Source: an uncultured delta proteobacterium (GTDB taxonomy: Bacteria > Desulfobacterota > Desulfuromonadia > Desulfuromonadales > BM103). From it: 64,000 bases of DNA. The notes under the pieces were generated by a model. It was not told the origin of the DNA. It saw only the letters and a list, made by a program, of their open reading frames with translations, and ran no database searches. Both the position numbers and the translations under genes were made by a program. Position 1 is the first letter of the stretch. Every line of letters starts with the position of its first letter. Below are positions 49,154-60,934 of the stretch, in pieces. The DNA is taken from positions 32,001-96,000 of the forward strand of contig CAVQRZ010000006.1 of assembly GCA_963715335.1 (NCBI GenBank). The letters run 5' to 3'.

Positions 49154-49900
49154 TTAAACCCGCGTCAGAACCTCCGGGCCATTATCAGTAATGGCTACTG
49201 TATGTTCAAAATGGGCTGAACGTTTACCATCCTGCGTTACTGCCGTCCAACCGTCTTCCAGTATCTTCACGCCGGGCACTCCGGCATTGATCATCGGTTC
49301 TATCGCCAGGGTCATACCGGGCTTGAGCCGCGGTCCCTGTCCGGCTACACCGTAATTCGGGATCTGCGGAGCCTCATGCAGCTTACTGCCTATGCCATGC
49401 CCGACAAATTCCCTGACAACGCTGAAGCCTTGCGGTTCCACCCAGGCCTGAACTGCATGTGATAGATCTGACAGTCTGCCGTTCGGGACCGATTTTTCTA
49501 TGGCCCGCTCAAGTGATTCACGGGTTGCAGTGACCAGGCGCCGGGTCTCATCATCAAGTACGCCAATGGCAATCGTTACCGCCGAATCACCGTAAAAGCC
49601 CTTGTAGAGAACCCCGAAATCTATACTCAGGATGTCCCCTTCCTGCAGCGGGTTATTGTCCGGGAACCCATGTACAACCCGATCGTTCGGTGAGGCACAG
49701 ATGGCGTATGGAAACCCACCGTATCCCTTGAAAGCCGGCTTGGCTCCCTGGCGCTGACATTCCTTGTCCGCCAGTAAATCCAGTTCAGCGGTTGTAACAC
49801 CGGGCTTGATCCGGCTCTCGAGCAGGGCCAGCGTCTCAGCCACGATCCGCCCCGCTGCCCGCATCTTCTCGAGTTCCGCCGGGCTTTTCAAGACAATCAC
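49154..49900 (-). CDS. map: Methionine aminopeptidase type I
   Basis: GTG start at 49900; VHG, GHGIG..LHE.P, AIEPM, SAHFEHT. Confidence 0.95.
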   Translation of the reverse strand: MIVLKSPAELEKMRAAGRIVAETLALLESRIKPGVTTAELDLLADKECQRQGAKPAFKGYGGFPYAICASPNDRVVHGFPDNNPLQEGDILSIDFGVLYKGFYGDSAVTIAIGVLDDETRRLVTATRESLERAIEKSVPNGRLSDLSHAVQAWVEPQGFSVVREFVGHGIGSKLHEAPQIPNYGVAGQGPRLKPGMTLAIEPMINAGVPGVKILEDGWTAVTQDGKRSAHFEHTVAITDNGPEVLTRV

Positions 49901-49901
49901 G

Positions 49902-50549
49902 TCAGCTCGCCTGCAGCAGCGAAAGCATTTTTTCCTGGACCTTGGAAATCGGCTGCATTCCGTCAAGCTCCATCAGCACATCGGCCTGCCGGTAATAACT
50001 GATCAGCGGAGACGTCTGGTCTGCATAAACCTGCAGTCGTTTGCGAATCGTCTCTTCCTGGTCATCATCGCGCTGGTAGAGGCCACCGCCACATGCATCA
50101 CAGATTGAATCCTCGCTCGGCGGGTCAAACTTGACATGGTAGCCACGCCCACACGCGCTGCAAATCCTTCGACCAGTCAGGCGCTCGACCAACGCCTCGG
50201 CATCAACTTCAAGAGAGATAACACGATCCAGAGCCTTGTCCATCTCTTCCAGGCTGACCTGCAAAGCATCTGCCTGGGCCACAGTCCGCGGGAATCCGTC
50301 CAGGATAAAGCCGTTATTACAGTCCGCCGCCTGGAGACGGTCGCGGACAATGCCAACCACAACTTCATCGGGGACCAAGCCGCCGGCATCCATAAACCTC
50401 TTGGCCTTGAGGCCCATCGGAGTGCCCTCCGTTACTGCCGCGCGGAGAATCTCTCCGGTCGAGATCTGCGGAATGGAAAACCTTTCCGTCAGCATCTTGG
50501 CCTGGGTCCCTTTACCGGCGCCGGGAGGTCCGAGAAGTATAAGCTTCAT
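49902..50549 (-). CDS. adk: Adenylate kinase (Zn-binding LID)
   Basis: GPPGAGKGTQA, LDGFPRT, CSAC...CDAC, RDDD. Confidence 0.97.
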   Translation of the reverse strand: MKLILLGPPGAGKGTQAKMLTERFSIPQISTGEILRAAVTEGTPMGLKAKRFMDAGGLVPDEVVVGIVRDRLQAADCNNGFILDGFPRTVAQADALQVSLEEMDKALDRVISLEVDAEALVERLTGRRICSACGRGYHVKFDPPSEDSICDACGGGLYQRDDDQEETIRKRLQVYADQTSPLISYYRQADVLMELDGMQPISKVQEKMLSLLQAS

Positions 50550-50563
50550 CCCAACACCCTTAA

Positions 50564-51874
50564 TTATCCGCGCCGACTCTTTATATTCACGCCCTTCATG
50601 AAACCTTCGTAGGAGCGGGAGATAAGATGTGCTTCGATCTGCGAAGCCGTATCGAGTCCGACGCCGACGACAATCAGCAGCGATGTCCCGCCGAAGAAGA
50701 AAGGCACGTTGAACTGCCCGATCAGCAGCGTCGGCAGGACACAGACCACCGAGATATATATGGCACCGGCAAAAGTCAGTCGACCCAGTACGGTATCCAG
50801 GTAATCGGAGGTTGCCTTGCCGGGCCTGACACCCGGGACATAACCACCCTGGCGCTTGATATTATCCGCGACATCCACAGGGTTGAAGGTTACCGCCGTG
50901 TAGAAGTAGCAGAAGAACACGATAAACGCGACATAGAAGACATTGTAAAGCCAATGGGCCGGCGTCATCATCGAGGCAAAGGCCTGTACCCAGGGGACGT
51001 CGACAAAATTCGCCACGGTACTCGGGAACATAATAATCGAACTGGCGAAAATTGGCGGGATAACACCGCTCATATTGATCTTCAGCGGCAGATGGCTGCT
51101 CTGGCCACCCAGATTACGTGCCCCGACCACTCGCTTCGCGTAATGGATCGGTACGCGACGCTGGCCGCGTTCCATGAAGATAATCGCCCAGATTACCGCT
51201 ATCATGACCAGCAGGATGAGCAGCATGACGGTAAAAGTCATGGCGCCGGTTTTCAACAGGCGGACACTGTTGACTATGGCTGATGGAATCATTGCCACAA
51301 TACCGGCAAAGATTATCAGTGAGATGCCGTTGCCGATACCGCGTTCGGTAATCTGCTCGCCGAGCCACATGATGAACGCAGTTCCCGCGGTCAGGGTGAT
51401 CACCGTCAGGACGATAAAACCGATCCCCTGGACAGCGACAACCGGCTCGCCGGCCGGGCCACGCATAGTCTGCAAGCCAACAGCGATACCAGCACCCTGG
51501 ACAATTGACAGGAGGACCGTGCCGTAGCGAGTCCACTTGGTCATCGTTTTGCGGCCCTGCTCACCTTCCTTGGAGAGACGCTCGACCGGCTCGAAAACGA
51601 CCGTCAGCAACTGCATGATGATCGAGGCACTGATATAGGGCATGATCCCCAGGGCAAAGACCGTCATACGCTCCAGCGCTCCGCCGGTAAACGCGCTGAC
51701 CAGACCGAGCAGGGTCCCTTGGGTGCCCTCGAAAAACTGGGCCAAAACGACACGGTCAACGCCAGGTAGCGGCACATGGCAACCGACCCGGTAAACCGCA
51801 AGCATGCCGAGCGTAAAGAGGATCCGGCGACGCAGTTCAGGGATGCTGAAGATATTTTGGATACTGGCTAACAA
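50564..51874 (-). CDS. secY: Preprotein translocase SecY
   Basis: TTG start at 51874; LGIMPYISASII, GIGNGISL, GVRPG, FGGTSLLIVV. Confidence 0.97.
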   Translation of the reverse strand: MLASIQNIFSIPELRRRILFTLGMLAVYRVGCHVPLPGVDRVVLAQFFEGTQGTLLGLVSAFTGGALERMTVFALGIMPYISASIIMQLLTVVFEPVERLSKEGEQGRKTMTKWTRYGTVLLSIVQGAGIAVGLQTMRGPAGEPVVAVQGIGFIVLTVITLTAGTAFIMWLGEQITERGIGNGISLIIFAGIVAMIPSAIVNSVRLLKTGAMTFTVMLLILLVMIAVIWAIIFMERGQRRVPIHYAKRVVGARNLGGQSSHLPLKINMSGVIPPIFASSIIMFPSTVANFVDVPWVQAFASMMTPAHWLYNVFYVAFIVFFCYFYTAVTFNPVDVADNIKRQGGYVPGVRPGKATSDYLDTVLGRLTFAGAIYISVVCVLPTLLIGQFNVPFFFGGTSLLIVVGVGLDTASQIEAHLISRSYEGFMKGVNIKSRRG

Positions 51875-51875
51875 T

Positions 51876-52316
51876 TTAAACAACCTCGGCAGTCCCGCCG
51901 GCGGCTTCAATCTTCGCCTGGGCGGACTTGCTGAATTTTTGAGCTTTAACGGTTAAAGTTTTGGTCAATTCTCCATCGCCGAGAATCTTGACGCCATCTT
52001 TGATCTGGCCAATCAGACCGGCCTTGCCTAGAGCTTCGAGATCCACCACGGCACCGGCATCAAAGAGGTCAAGATCGCGCAGATTGACCAAGCAGTACTC
52101 TTTCCGACTGAGCGGGGTAAACCCACGCTTGGGAAGACGTCTCTGCAGAGGCATTTGGCCACCCTCGAAGCCAGGCTTGACGCCGCCGCCGGAGCGGGCG
52201 TTCTGACCTTTATGGCCTTTGCCGGCCGTTTTACCGGTTCCGGAGCCATGACCCCGGCCAATGCGCTTCTTGCTATGTGTCGAACCGTATGACGGTTGCA
52301 GATTACTTAAATCCAT
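51876..52316 (-). CDS. rplO: 50S ribosomal protein L15
   Basis: [30 protein letters not shown] 52316. Confidence 0.97.
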   Translation of the reverse strand: MDLSNLQPSYGSTHSKKRIGRGHGSGTGKTAGKGHKGQNARSGGGVKPGFEGGQMPLQRRLPKRGFTPLSRKEYCLVNLRDLDLFDAGAVVDLEALGKAGLIGQIKDGVKILGDGELTKTLTVKAQKFSKSAQAKIEAAGGTAEVV

Positions 52317-52329
52317 GACGTTATCCTTC

Positions 52330-52506
52330 TTATTCTTCAACGGTGACCATGTGGCTGACCTTGTTGATCATGCCGCGAATTTCCGGAGTGTCCTGGCGAA
52401 CAACTGTCTGGTTCAGTCGACGCAGGCCAAGTCCGTTGAGCACCTTGGTGAAGTATTGAGCGCGGTTGATGCCGCTACGCTTCAGAGTTATCTTGATTTC
52501 AGCCAT
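52330..52506 (-). CDS. rpmD: 50S ribosomal protein L30 (not in ORF track)
   Basis: Hand translation [58 protein letters not shown]; canonical position. Confidence 0.95.
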   Translation of the reverse strand: MAEIKITLKRSGINRAQYFTKVLNGLGLRRLNQTVVRQDTPEIRGMINKVSHMVTVEE

Positions 52507-52520
52507 TGCTCGCTCCCGTC

Positions 52521-53027
52521 TCAGGCTTGTTCTTCTGAGTTGTTTGCCCCGAGTCCACGCCGGGCCAGGATTTCTTCAGGACTGCGCAGTTGCTGCAGCG
52601 CCCGAAGGGTTGCCTTGACCACGTTGTGCGGGTTGTTCGAACCGAGACACTTGGATAGGATATCGCTGATGCCGGCAACTTCGAGAATTGCCCGTGCAGC
52701 ACCACCGGCGATGACTCCGGTCCCTTCGGAAGCAGGCTTCAACAGGACTTTACCCGCCCCAAACTTACCGATCACATCGTAGGGGATCGTGGTCCCCTGA
52801 ATCGGCACCTTGATCATGCTTTTCTTGGCCTTTTCGACACCCTTGCGAATCGCCTCGGGAACCTCTTTGGCCTTGCCAAGCCCATATCCTACATTGCCGC
52901 TGCCATCGCCGACCACAACCAGGGCAGAGAAGCTGAATCGACGACCACCCTTGACAACCTTGGCCGTACGATTGATGTGGATAACGCGATCTATTAAATT
53001 TGTTTCGTTATTGTCAACGCGTTGCAA
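52521..53027 (-). CDS. rpsE: 30S ribosomal protein S5 (TTG start)
   Basis: [19 protein letters not shown]. Confidence 0.97.
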   Translation of the reverse strand: MQRVDNNETNLIDRVIHINRTAKVVKGGRRFSFSALVVVGDGSGNVGYGLGKAKEVPEAIRKGVEKAKKSMIKVPIQGTTIPYDVIGKFGAGKVLLKPASEGTGVIAGGAARAILEVAGISDILSKCLGSNNPHNVVKATLRALQQLRSPEEILARRGLGANNSEEQA

Positions 53028-53046
53028 CGCTCTTCTCCTTTGCCGC

Positions 53047-53415
53047 TCAGAAAGTCAGACCGGCTTCGCGAGCCGCATCGGCCAAAGCCTTGACACGGCC
53101 ATGGTACAAAAAGCCGTTGCGGTCGAAAACCACCTGTTTGATGTCTTGTGCCAGAGCCTTTTCGGCAATCTGTTTGCCAACCAGTTTGGCAGCTTCCACG
53201 TTTCCGCTGTATTTGACGCTGTCAGCAGCACCCTTGGCAACAGTCGAAGCCGCCGCCAGGGTTTTACCGGAGACATCTTCAATAATCTGGGCATAAATGT
53301 GCTTGGCACTGCGGAATACGCACAGACGCGGACGCTCAACACTTCCGGTTATCTTCCTGCGCACTCTCACCTGACGTTTTTTGCGGGCAACCCGCCGTTC
53401 TTTCGAGATATTCAC
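53047..53415 (-). CDS. rplR: 50S ribosomal protein L18
   Basis: [21 protein letters not shown]; likely GTG start 53415. Confidence 0.97.
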   Translation of the reverse strand: MNISKERRVARKKRQVRVRRKITGSVERPRLCVFRSAKHIYAQIIEDVSGKTLAAASTVAKGAADSVKYSGNVEAAKLVGKQIAEKALAQDIKQVVFDRNGFLYHGRVKALADAAREAGLTF

Positions 53416-53439
53416 GGTTCTCACCTTATCCTATTCAGC

Positions 53440-53973
53440 TTACTTACCAGTCTTGCCAGCTTTGCGCATGATCCGCTCGTCAGCATACTTGATGCCCTTG
53501 CCCTTGTAAGGCTCCGGCTCGCGGAAGGAACGAATTTTGGCTGCCGTTGCACCAACCAGTTCCTTGTCGATACCGGATACGGTAATCGTGTTCGCTTTGG
53601 TATCAACCGCGGCACTAATCCCCTGGGGCAGCGGGTACTCAACCGGGTGGGAATAACCGAGCGACAGGTTCAGTGTAGAACCTTTCAATTCGGCACGGTA
53701 ACCAACACCATTGATCTCCAGAACCCTGGAGAAGCCGGTTGCCACACCATTCACCATGTTGGCGACTAGAGAGCGAGTCAGCCCCTGGAGGGCCCCTGAC
53801 TTTTCCGTACGAGGCGCAACCAGCACCTGGTCTGCCTCAACTTTGATCTCCATCTGATCGTGAATAACCCGTTCGAGGTGACCTTTAGGCCCTTCGACCT
53901 TGATATTCTGGCCATCGAGAGTGACCTTGACGCCCGATAAGATATTGATAGGTTTTTTGCCGATGCGCGACAT
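53440..53973 (-). CDS. rplF: 50S ribosomal protein L6
   Basis: [14 protein letters not shown]. Confidence 0.98.
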   Translation of the reverse strand: MSRIGKKPINILSGVKVTLDGQNIKVEGPKGHLERVIHDQMEIKVEADQVLVAPRTEKSGALQGLTRSLVANMVNGVATGFSRVLEINGVGYRAELKGSTLNLSLGYSHPVEYPLPQGISAAVDTKANTITVSGIDKELVGATAAKIRSFREPEPYKGKGIKYADERIMRKAGKTGK

Positions 53974-54014
53974 CTTTAATCGACTCCTTAAAAAATCAAC
54001 AGTTACTTAAGTAT

Positions 54015-54413
54015 TTACCAGATAGTACAAAGGACTTCGCCACCGATCTTGGCTTCGCGCGCCGAGACATCATCCATCACGCCCTTTGAAGTCGAGAGGA
54101 TCGCTGCACCCAGACCGTTCTTCACGCGAGGGATCTCATCGCACCCCACGTACATCCGGCGGCCGGGCTTTGAAACCCTTGTAATTTCATGAATGACAGC
54201 GTTGTTGTTGTCATCGTACTTCAGGTAAACACGCAGGACTCCCTGCAGGTCATCGCTGATTACCTTGTAATTCTTGATATAACCAAGGCTCTTCAATACT
54301 TCGGCAACGGCCACCTTAACATTCGAAGAAGGAATATCCAGTTTCGGATGTCGCGCCATACCTGCATTGCGGATGCGGGTCAGCATGTCCGCGATAGGAT
54401 CTGTCATAGCCAT
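54015..54413 (-). CDS. rpsH: 30S ribosomal protein S8
   Basis: [22 protein letters not shown]. Confidence 0.98.
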   Translation of the reverse strand: MAMTDPIADMLTRIRNAGMARHPKLDIPSSNVKVAVAEVLKSLGYIKNYKVISDDLQGVLRVYLKYDDNNNAVIHEITRVSKPGRRMYVGCDEIPRVKNGLGAAILSTSKGVMDDVSAREAKIGGEVLCTIW

Positions 54414-54436
54414 GAATACTGCTCCTTATTCCACGA

Positions 54437-54622
54437 TTACCAGCTGGACTTGGTTACGCCCGGAAGCTTGCCTGCGGACGCCAGCTTGCGCAGACAGATT
54501 CTGCACATATCAAACTTACGGTAGTACGCACGCGGCCGACCACAGATCGGACAGCGGTTATACTTTCTCACCTTAAACTTCTGCGGCCCTGCGGCCTTAT
54601 TGCGCATCGATTTCTTTGCCAC
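54437..54622 (-). CDS. rpsN: 30S ribosomal protein S14 type Z (GTG start)
   Basis: 61 aa, [20 protein letters not shown]. Confidence 0.97.
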   Translation of the reverse strand: MAKKSMRNKAAGPQKFKVRKYNRCPICGRPRAYYRKFDMCRICLRKLASAGKLPGVTKSSW

Positions 54623-54634
54623 GAGTTTCCTCCG

Positions 54635-55189
54635 CTATGCAGCTACATTCTGTTTCCGGAAGGGCATCCCCATTCCGGCAAGCAGGGCACGGCCCTCTTC
54701 ATCAGTGCGCGCCGAAGTGACAATCGTCACGTTCATACCCTTGATCTTGTCAATCCGCTCGATATCGATCTCAGGGAAGATCAACTGCTCACGAATACCC
54801 AGGGTGTAATTTCCCCGACCGTCAAAAGCCTTGGGAGAAACCCCTTTGAAGTCCCTGACGCGCGGCAGCGCGACATTGATCAGTCGATCAAGGAATTCGT
54901 AGGCGCGCTCGCGGCGCAAAGTCACCATAGCACCGATCGGCATCTCTTCACGCAGTTTGAACTGGGCGATCGACTTCTTGGCACGCGTGATCACGGCCTT
55001 CTGACCGGTAATGCGTGACATCTCCTCAACGGCCGACTCCAGAATCTTCACATTCTGAATGGCTTCGCCGAGGCCCATGTTAATAACCACCTTTTCAACG
55101 CGCGGCACTTCCATCACGTTTTTGAGCTGCAGTTCCTGCTTCAACTTCTCAATCAGCTCGTTCTGATATATTTCTTTGAGCCTAGCCAT
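54635..55189 (-). CDS. rplE: 50S ribosomal protein L5
   Basis: ATG 55189; [16 protein letters not shown]. Confidence 0.97.
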   Translation of the reverse strand: MARLKEIYQNELIEKLKQELQLKNVMEVPRVEKVVINMGLGEAIQNVKILESAVEEMSRITGQKAVITRAKKSIAQFKLREEMPIGAMVTLRRERAYEFLDRLINVALPRVRDFKGVSPKAFDGRGNYTLGIREQLIFPEIDIERIDKIKGMNVTIVTSARTDEEGRALLAGMGMPFRKQNVAA

Positions 55190-55200
55190 GGAAAACTCCG

Positions 55201-55530
55201 TTAATTGTTCACTATCTCGTTGCACTTCTTGCAGAAACGGACCTTGCTGCCATCTTCAAGCACCTTGATTCCCGTACGTGCCGGCATGCTGCAGCCAGGG
55301 CACAGGAGCTGGACATTGGAGATCGCGATCGGCGCTTCCTTTTCAATAATCCCGCCCTCTTTGCTGATTTGAGAGGGTCGAGTGTGACGCTTGATCACAT
55401 TGAGGTTCTCAACGAGAACCCGGCCTTTTTCCGGCAAAACACGCAAGACCTTGCCGCTCTTACCCTTATCTTTCCCGGCGACAACCATCACCAGGTCATC
55501 TTTTTTTACATGGAGTTTCGTGGCTGCCAT
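55201..55530 (-). CDS. rplX: 50S ribosomal protein L24
   Basis: GKDKGK, EAPI.ISNV. Confidence 0.97.
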   Translation of the reverse strand: MAATKLHVKKDDLVMVVAGKDKGKSGKVLRVLPEKGRVLVENLNVIKRHTRPSQISKEGGIIEKEAPIAISNVQLLCPGCSMPARTGIKVLEDGSKVRFCKKCNEIVNN

Positions 55531-55551
55531 GACGTATATACTCCCAGCTCT

Positions 55552-55920
55552 CTAAAGGACCTCAGGGGCCAGTGAAACGATTTTCATAAACCGCTTGGCA
55601 CGCAATTCGCGGGCGACAGGCCCGAAGATACGTGTCCCAACCGGCTCTCCATTAGCGTTAACGACCACCGCGGAATTATTGTCAAATCGGATATAGGTGC
55701 CATCGGGACGGTTCACCTCTTTTGCGGTCCGCACAATAACAGCCTTGACGACATCACCCTTCTTCACCTTCGAGTTGGGCATCGCTTCCTTGACGGAACA
55801 GACGATAATGTCGCCGATACCTGCATATTTGCGCTTGGACCCGCCAAGAACCTTAATGCAGCAGAGCTTCCTCGCTCCGGAATTGTCTGCAACAGAAAGT
55901 GTACTCTGCATCTGAATCAT
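55552..55920 (-). CDS. rplN: 50S ribosomal protein L14
   Basis: [25 protein letters not shown]. Confidence 0.98.
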   Translation of the reverse strand: MIQMQSTLSVADNSGARKLCCIKVLGGSKRKYAGIGDIIVCSVKEAMPNSKVKKGDVVKAVIVRTAKEVNRPDGTYIRFDNNSAVVVNANGEPVGTRIFGPVARELRAKRFMKIVSLAPEVL

Positions 55921-55931
55921 GACAGTATCTC

Positions 55932-56198
55932 CTAAACGCTGACGTTTTTCTCGAGAATTTCACGAACCCGCCAGCGCTTGTCTTTCGACAGGGGGCGTGT
56001 TTCCACAATCAAGACCTTGTCGCCAGCGGCACATGCATTCTGCTCATCATGTGCCTTGTAAGTGACGCGACGCTTGATGTACTTCTTGTACACCGCGTGC
56101 TTGACCATATTGTCAACCTTGACAACCACGGTTTTGTCCATCTTGTCACTTATGACAATCCCGACTCTTTCCTTGCTCTTTCCGCGTTCTTTTATCAT
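55932..56198 (-). CDS. rpsQ: 30S ribosomal protein S17
   Basis: SDKMDKT, ETRPLSK.KRW. Confidence 0.97.
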   Translation of the reverse strand: MIKERGKSKERVGIVISDKMDKTVVVKVDNMVKHAVYKKYIKRRVTYKAHDEQNACAAGDKVLIVETRPLSKDKRWRVREILEKNVSV

Positions 56199-56219
56199 TG
56201 CCGTCCTCGTATGATCGGA

Positions 56220-56408
56220 TTAGCTGCGCTTCTCAGCAATCACAGTTTTGATCCTGGCAATCTCCCTGCGCACCTGTGAGATGCGTGAGGTGTTTTCCAG
56301 ATGTCCGGTGTGCAGCTGGAACCTCAGGTTAAACATCTCCTGGTTCAAATCTGCAACTTCCGTATTAAGTTCTTCAACTGACTTGCTGCGCAGTTCTTCA
56401 GCCTTCAT
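56220..56408 (-). CDS. rpmC: 50S ribosomal protein L29
   Basis: [15 protein letters not shown]. Confidence 0.96.
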   Translation of the reverse strand: MKAEELRSKSVEELNTEVADLNQEMFNLRFQLHTGHLENTSRISQVRREIARIKTVIAEKRS

Positions 56409-56823
56409 GTCCGGCCTCCTTACGCACCAGGATTTTGGTTCTCATTGGCAGTTTATGGGCACCAAGGCGAAAGGCTTCACGCGCAGTTTCCTCGGTAACT
56501 CCCTGCATCTCGTAAAGGATCATCCCTGGTCGGATCACGCAGACCCAGCTGTCCGGTGCCCCCTTGCCTTTACCCATACGGGTTTCAGCAGGCTTGCGGG
56601 TCAGTGGCTTATCGGGAAAAGCACGGATCCAGATCTGACCGCCACGCTTGATATGGCGGGTCATGGCTCGACGCGCAGCTTCAATCTGACGGGAAGAGAG
56701 CCAGCCGCACTCGGTGGCCTGCAGGCCGTAATCACCGAAGTTCAGATCCGTACCGCCAGGCGCTGCGCCTGTCATACGACCCTTGAACTGTTTTCTATGC
56801 TTAACCTTCTTGGGCATTAACAT
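56398..56823 (-). CDS. rplP: 50S ribosomal protein L16
   Basis: [16 protein letters not shown]. Confidence 0.98.
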   Translation of the reverse strand: MLMPKKVKHRKQFKGRMTGAAPGGTDLNFGDYGLQATECGWLSSRQIEAARRAMTRHIKRGGQIWIRAFPDKPLTRKPAETRMGKGKGAPDSWVCVIRPGMILYEMQGVTEETAREAFRLGAHKLPMRTKILVRKEAGHEG

Positions 56824-56848
56824 GGTAAATAGACTCCTGACCTGTTAC

Positions 56849-57493
56849 TTATTGCTCCTGGCCCTTATCACCCAGGATCTCTCCCTTGAATATAAGGACC
56901 TTGACACCGATTATACCGTAGGTCGTCTTGGCTTCCGCAAATCCGTAGTCGATATCGGCGCGCAGGGTGTGCAGGGGCACACGTCCCTCACGATACCATT
57001 CGCGTCGGCTCATCTCAGCACCGCCGAGACGGCCCGAGCATTCGATCTTGATCCCTTCAGCACCGAACTTCAAGGCCTGGCCAACGGCTTTTTTCATGGC
57101 CCGGCGAAAAGCGACTCGACGCTCAAGCTGCAGCGCAACATTCTCGGCAACCAACTGGGCATTAATCTCAGGCTTGCGAACTTCCTGAATATTAATAAAG
57201 ATCTCTTTGTCGGTCAGCTTGGCCAGCTCTTTCTTGAGCTGTTCGACCTCAGATCCCTTTTTGCCAATGATGATCCCCGGACGCGCTGCAAAGATGTTGA
57301 TCTTGGCCTTGCCGGCAGCACGTTCGATCTCAACCTTCGCAATACCTGCGTGATGCAGGCGCTCTTTCAGATAATTACGCAGCTTGAGATCTTCATGCAG
57401 TAGCTTTGAGTAATCCTTCTCAGCGTACCAGCTGGATTCCCAGGTGCGAATCACGCCTAAGCGAAATCCTATCGGATGAACTTTCTGACCCAA
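56849..57493 (-). CDS. rpsC: 30S ribosomal protein S3 (TTG start)
   Basis: [26 protein letters not shown]. Confidence 0.98.
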   Translation of the reverse strand: MGQKVHPIGFRLGVIRTWESSWYAEKDYSKLLHEDLKLRNYLKERLHHAGIAKVEIERAAGKAKINIFAARPGIIIGKKGSEVEQLKKELAKLTDKEIFINIQEVRKPEINAQLVAENVALQLERRVAFRRAMKKAVGQALKFGAEGIKIECSGRLGGAEMSRREWYREGRVPLHTLRADIDYGFAEAKTTYGIIGVKVLIFKGEILGDKGQEQ

Positions 57494-57511
57494 AACAAAC
57501 CTCCTCGAGGG

Positions 57512-57844
57512 TTACTTCTCGTCCAGAACCACGGTAATGTGGCTGGTCGGCTTACGAATTTTGCTCGCCCGGCCTTGTGCACGAGGCATAAAGCGTTTCA
57601 GAGCAGGACCCTGGTCAACGAACACCGCCTTGACAAACAACCGATCGACATCTGAAACACCCTTCTGTTCAGCGTTGGCGACCGCGGAACGCACCACCTT
57701 GGCAACCACATCTGCCGGGCGCTGAGGCGAAAACTTCAGGATGTTAAGGGCTTCCTGTACATTCTTGCCACGAACCATGTCGACAACCAGGCGTGTCTTC
57801 CGAGGCGACAGGCGCGTATATTTCAATTTCGCACTAGCTTCCAT
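57512..57844 (-). CDS. rplV: 50S ribosomal protein L22
   Basis: SPRK.RLV, PRAQGRA, TSHITV. Confidence 0.98.
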   Translation of the reverse strand: MEASAKLKYTRLSPRKTRLVVDMVRGKNVQEALNILKFSPQRPADVVAKVVRSAVANAEQKGVSDVDRLFVKAVFVDQGPALKRFMPRAQGRASKIRKPTSHITVVLDEK

Positions 57845-57874
57845 GTGCTGGTACTCCCTCAGCTACAAAAGGAC

Positions 57875-58141
57875 TTATTTTCTCTTGTTCGAGCCATGAC
57901 CATAGTAGGTCCTGGTCGGAGCAAATTCACCAAGTTTATGGCCAACCATGTTCTCGGTCACAAATACCGGAATAAACTTTTTGCCATTGTGGACGGCAAA
58001 GGTCATACCGACAAAATCAGGAAGAATCGTCGAACGCCGTGACCAGGTCTTGATCACTTTGTGGGAACCACTCTCAGTATTTCCGACTTTACGCATCAGG
58101 CTACCTTCAATGTAAGGGCCCTTTTTAATCGATCTCGCCAC
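57875..58141 (-). CDS. rpsS: 30S ribosomal protein S19 (GTG start)
   Basis: [25 protein letters not shown]. Confidence 0.98.
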   Translation of the reverse strand: MARSIKKGPYIEGSLMRKVGNTESGSHKVIKTWSRRSTILPDFVGMTFAVHNGKKFIPVFVTENMVGHKLGEFAPTRTYYGHGSNKRK

Positions 58142-58159
58142 GGTCGTCTCCTATTCTCG

Positions 58160-58984
58160 TTACTTGGTCCGGCGGCGGACGATAAAACGATCAGTCCGCT
58201 TGTTGGAACGCGTCTTGTAACCTTTGGTCGGGATACCCCAAGGCGTTACAGGGTGACGGCCACCGGAGCTCTTACCCTCACCACCGCCGTGGGGATGATC
58301 AACCGGGTTCATGGCGACACCACGTGATTGCGGGCGTTTGCCAAGCCAACGGTTACGTCCGGCTTTGCCGATCTTGATATTTTCATGATCAGTGTTACCG
58401 ACCTGGCCAATCGTCGCAGAGCAATCCTGCAGCACCAGTCGAACCTCGCCGGAAGGGAGACGCAGTTGAGCGTACTTGCCTTCCTTGGCGGCGATCATCG
58501 CATAGGTGCCTGCGCTTCTCGCCAACTGGCCACCCTTACCGATTCGCAGCTCGACGTTGTGCACCCATGTACCAAGCGGGATCGAACGGATCTGCAGGGA
58601 GTTTCCGGGCACGATGTCAGCACTGTCGCTGGCAATGACTACGTCACCGACCTTGATACCGACGGGAGCCAAAATATAGCGTTTTTCGCCGTCCAGGTAA
58701 CTCAGAAGCGCTATACGCGCTGAACGGTTGGGGTCGTATTCTATTGATACAACCTTGGCCGGGACTTCGCGTTTGTCACGCTTGAAGTCAATAATCCTGT
58801 ACTTGCGCTTGTGGCCACCGCCAGTATGCCGCTTGGTAATCCGGCCCGTGTTGTTACGACCGCCGGATTTTTTCAGCGGTGCCAACAGTGACTTTTCCGG
58901 AGTTGATGTCGTGATTTCCTCGAAATTCGAGGCGGTCATGTGACGTCGACCCGCAGATGTCGGCTTAAACTTTTTGATCCCCAT
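58160..58984 (-). CDS. rplB: 50S ribosomal protein L2
   Basis: [21 protein letters not shown]. Confidence 0.98.
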   Translation of the reverse strand: MGIKKFKPTSAGRRHMTASNFEEITTSTPEKSLLAPLKKSGGRNNTGRITKRHTGGGHKRKYRIIDFKRDKREVPAKVVSIEYDPNRSARIALLSYLDGEKRYILAPVGIKVGDVVIASDSADIVPGNSLQIRSIPLGTWVHNVELRIGKGGQLARSAGTYAMIAAKEGKYAQLRLPSGEVRLVLQDCSATIGQVGNTDHENIKIGKAGRNRWLGKRPQSRGVAMNPVDHPHGGGEGKSSGGRHPVTPWGIPTKGYKTRSNKRTDRFIVRRRTK

Positions 58985-59017
58985 TATTGTTACTCCGTCA
59001 GATGGATATCAGACTTA

Positions 59018-59302
59018 TTAAACACCGAAGAAATCGATGGTGCCTTCCGCCAGGGTCACATATGCCTTTTTGACATTGGAACGCTTGCCAAAGTTACGAC
59101 CGGTGCGCTTGACCTTGCCGGCAACGATTATGGTGCGGACGTCCTGCACCTTGACGTTGAAAGCACGTTCAACAGCCTGCCTGATTTCGACCTTATTGCT
59201 ATTCATGGCAACTTCAAATGCCACCACGTTGCCAGTCTCTTTCATCAGGTTGGACTTTTCCGTAATCAGGGGTTTCCTGATAATCTGATGCAAAGGTTTC
59301 AT
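59018..59302 (-). CDS. rplW: 50S ribosomal protein L23
   Basis: PLITEK, KKAYVTL. Confidence 0.97.
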   Translation of the reverse strand: MKPLHQIIRKPLITEKSNLMKETGNVVAFEVAMNSNKVEIRQAVERAFNVKVQDVRTIIVAGKVKRTGRNFGKRSNVKKAYVTLAEGTIDFFGV

Positions 59303-59922
59303 TTTGCCAGAACTCCTTCGATCTGGTCGATCGCCGCTTCGGTCATGACCAGGTTAGGATACTTCAGGATGTCATAGACGTTGACACCCTCGGCACGCAG
59401 CACCTTGACAAAAGGCAGGTTGCGCGCTGACAACTCAAGATTCGTGTTCATCCCATCAACCACGATCAGAGCCTTTTTCAATTCAAACCGGTCAAGAACC
59501 TCAGCAAAACTCTTGGTACTGATTTTCTCAAGGTCGAGACCATTGACAACGGTCATGCATTCTTCCTTGTAACGGGCAGAGAGCGCACTGCGCAGCGCAG
59601 ACTGTTTGACCTTACGGTTCAACTTGAATTTGTAGTCGCGAGGGGTCGGTCCGAAAACCACACCGCCGCCGACATGATTCGGCGCTGTCGGCGTGCCTTG
59701 ACGGGCATTACCGGTGCCCTTCTGTTTATACGGTTTCTTGCCACCACCGCGAACTTCGCCGCGACTCTTGACCTTGACGGTACCCTGACGCCTTGCAGCG
59801 AGCTGGTAACGAACCATATCATGCAACAGGTATTCCTTGACGTCCGCGTTGAACACTTCATCAACCAGATCCCGCTCGGACACCTGCTTGCGGTTTATGT
59901 CATACACTACAATCTTTGCCAT
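59299..59922 (-). CDS. rplD: 50S ribosomal protein L4
   Basis: [27 protein letters not shown]. Confidence 0.97.
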   Translation of the reverse strand: MAKIVVYDINRKQVSERDLVDEVFNADVKEYLLHDMVRYQLAARRQGTVKVKSRGEVRGGGKKPYKQKGTGNARQGTPTAPNHVGGGVVFGPTPRDYKFKLNRKVKQSALRSALSARYKEECMTVVNGLDLEKISTKSFAEVLDRFELKKALIVVDGMNTNLELSARNLPFVKVLRAEGVNVYDILKYPNLVMTEAAIDQIEGVLAK

Positions 59923-59953
59923 AACTAAACTCCGGCACTCAAACGAGTAATTA

Positions 59954-60592
59954 TCACTTGGCCTTGAAGGTCTTGCGCAACACTACCAGACCGTGATTCG
60001 CCCCGGGGATGGCCCCTTTGATCAGAATCAGGTTCTGTTCAGGACGAACCTCAACGATTTCCAGACCCTGCTGGGTGACACGGGCATTGCCCATCTGCCC
60101 CGGCATCTTCTTCCCCCTATGGACACGTGACGGCCAGGCGCTTGCCCCGATCGACCCGGGTGCCCGGTGAAACCTGGAGCCGTGCGTAGCACGCCCGCCA
60201 GAAAAATTCCAACGCTTGATGACCCCCTGGAAGCCCTTGCCTTTGCTGGTTCCGGTCACATCAATGACATCGCCGGGCTTGAAAACCGCGTCGCAGGTAA
60301 TCTGATCACCAACTTGGTAGCCATCAACATTCTCAGCACCCAGTTCGCGCAGGTAAGCAAATGCGCCCTGATCAGCTTTTTTGAAATGTCCCATCATGGG
60401 CTTGGTCGCGCGATGGGTTTTCTTGGCTGAGAAACCAACCTGCAAAGCGTTGTAACCATCAGCGGATTCCGTCTTCTTCTGCAAGACGGTACAGGGGCCT
60501 GCCTCCACCACAGTCACCGGTACACGGCGGCCGTCGGCTACGAAGACCTGGGTCATGCCCAGTTTTTTACCCAAAATTCCCTGAATCATCAC
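59954..60592 (-). CDS. rplC: 50S ribosomal protein L3
   Basis: [24 protein letters not shown]; start GTG 60592 or ATG 60589. Confidence 0.98.
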   Translation of the reverse strand: MMIQGILGKKLGMTQVFVADGRRVPVTVVEAGPCTVLQKKTESADGYNALQVGFSAKKTHRATKPMMGHFKKADQGAFAYLRELGAENVDGYQVGDQITCDAVFKPGDVIDVTGTSKGKGFQGVIKRWNFSGGRATHGSRFHRAPGSIGASAWPSRVHRGKKMPGQMGNARVTQQGLEIVEVRPEQNLILIKGAIPGANHGLVVLRKTFKAK

Positions 60593-60610
60593 TTTACCCT
60601 TAATTCGCTG

Positions 60611-60919
60611 TTACAGCTTGATCTCGACATCGACACCGGCAGAAAGGTCTAGCTTCATCAAAGCATCAACCGTTTGCTGGGTCGGCTCAACGATATCAAG
60701 CAAGCGCTTGTGTGTACGCATCTCGAATTGCTCGCGGCTCTTCTTGTCAACATGTGGGCCACGCAGCACGCAGTACTTGTTGATCACTGTCGGCAGCGGA
60801 ATCGGACCAGCCACTCTGGCTCCGGTACGTTTGGCCGTGTCGACAATCTCATTGACCGACTGGTCAAGCAGCTTGTGATCATATGCCTTGAGGCGGATAC
60901 GAATCTTCTGACTCTGCAT
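60611..60919 (-). CDS. rpsJ: 30S ribosomal protein S10
   Basis: [23 protein letters not shown]. Confidence 0.98.
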   Translation of the reverse strand: MQSQKIRIRLKAYDHKLLDQSVNEIVDTAKRTGARVAGPIPLPTVINKYCVLRGPHVDKKSREQFEMRTHKRLLDIVEPTQQTVDALMKLDLSAGVDVEIKL

Positions 60920-60934
60920 GATCTCGTCCTTTAA

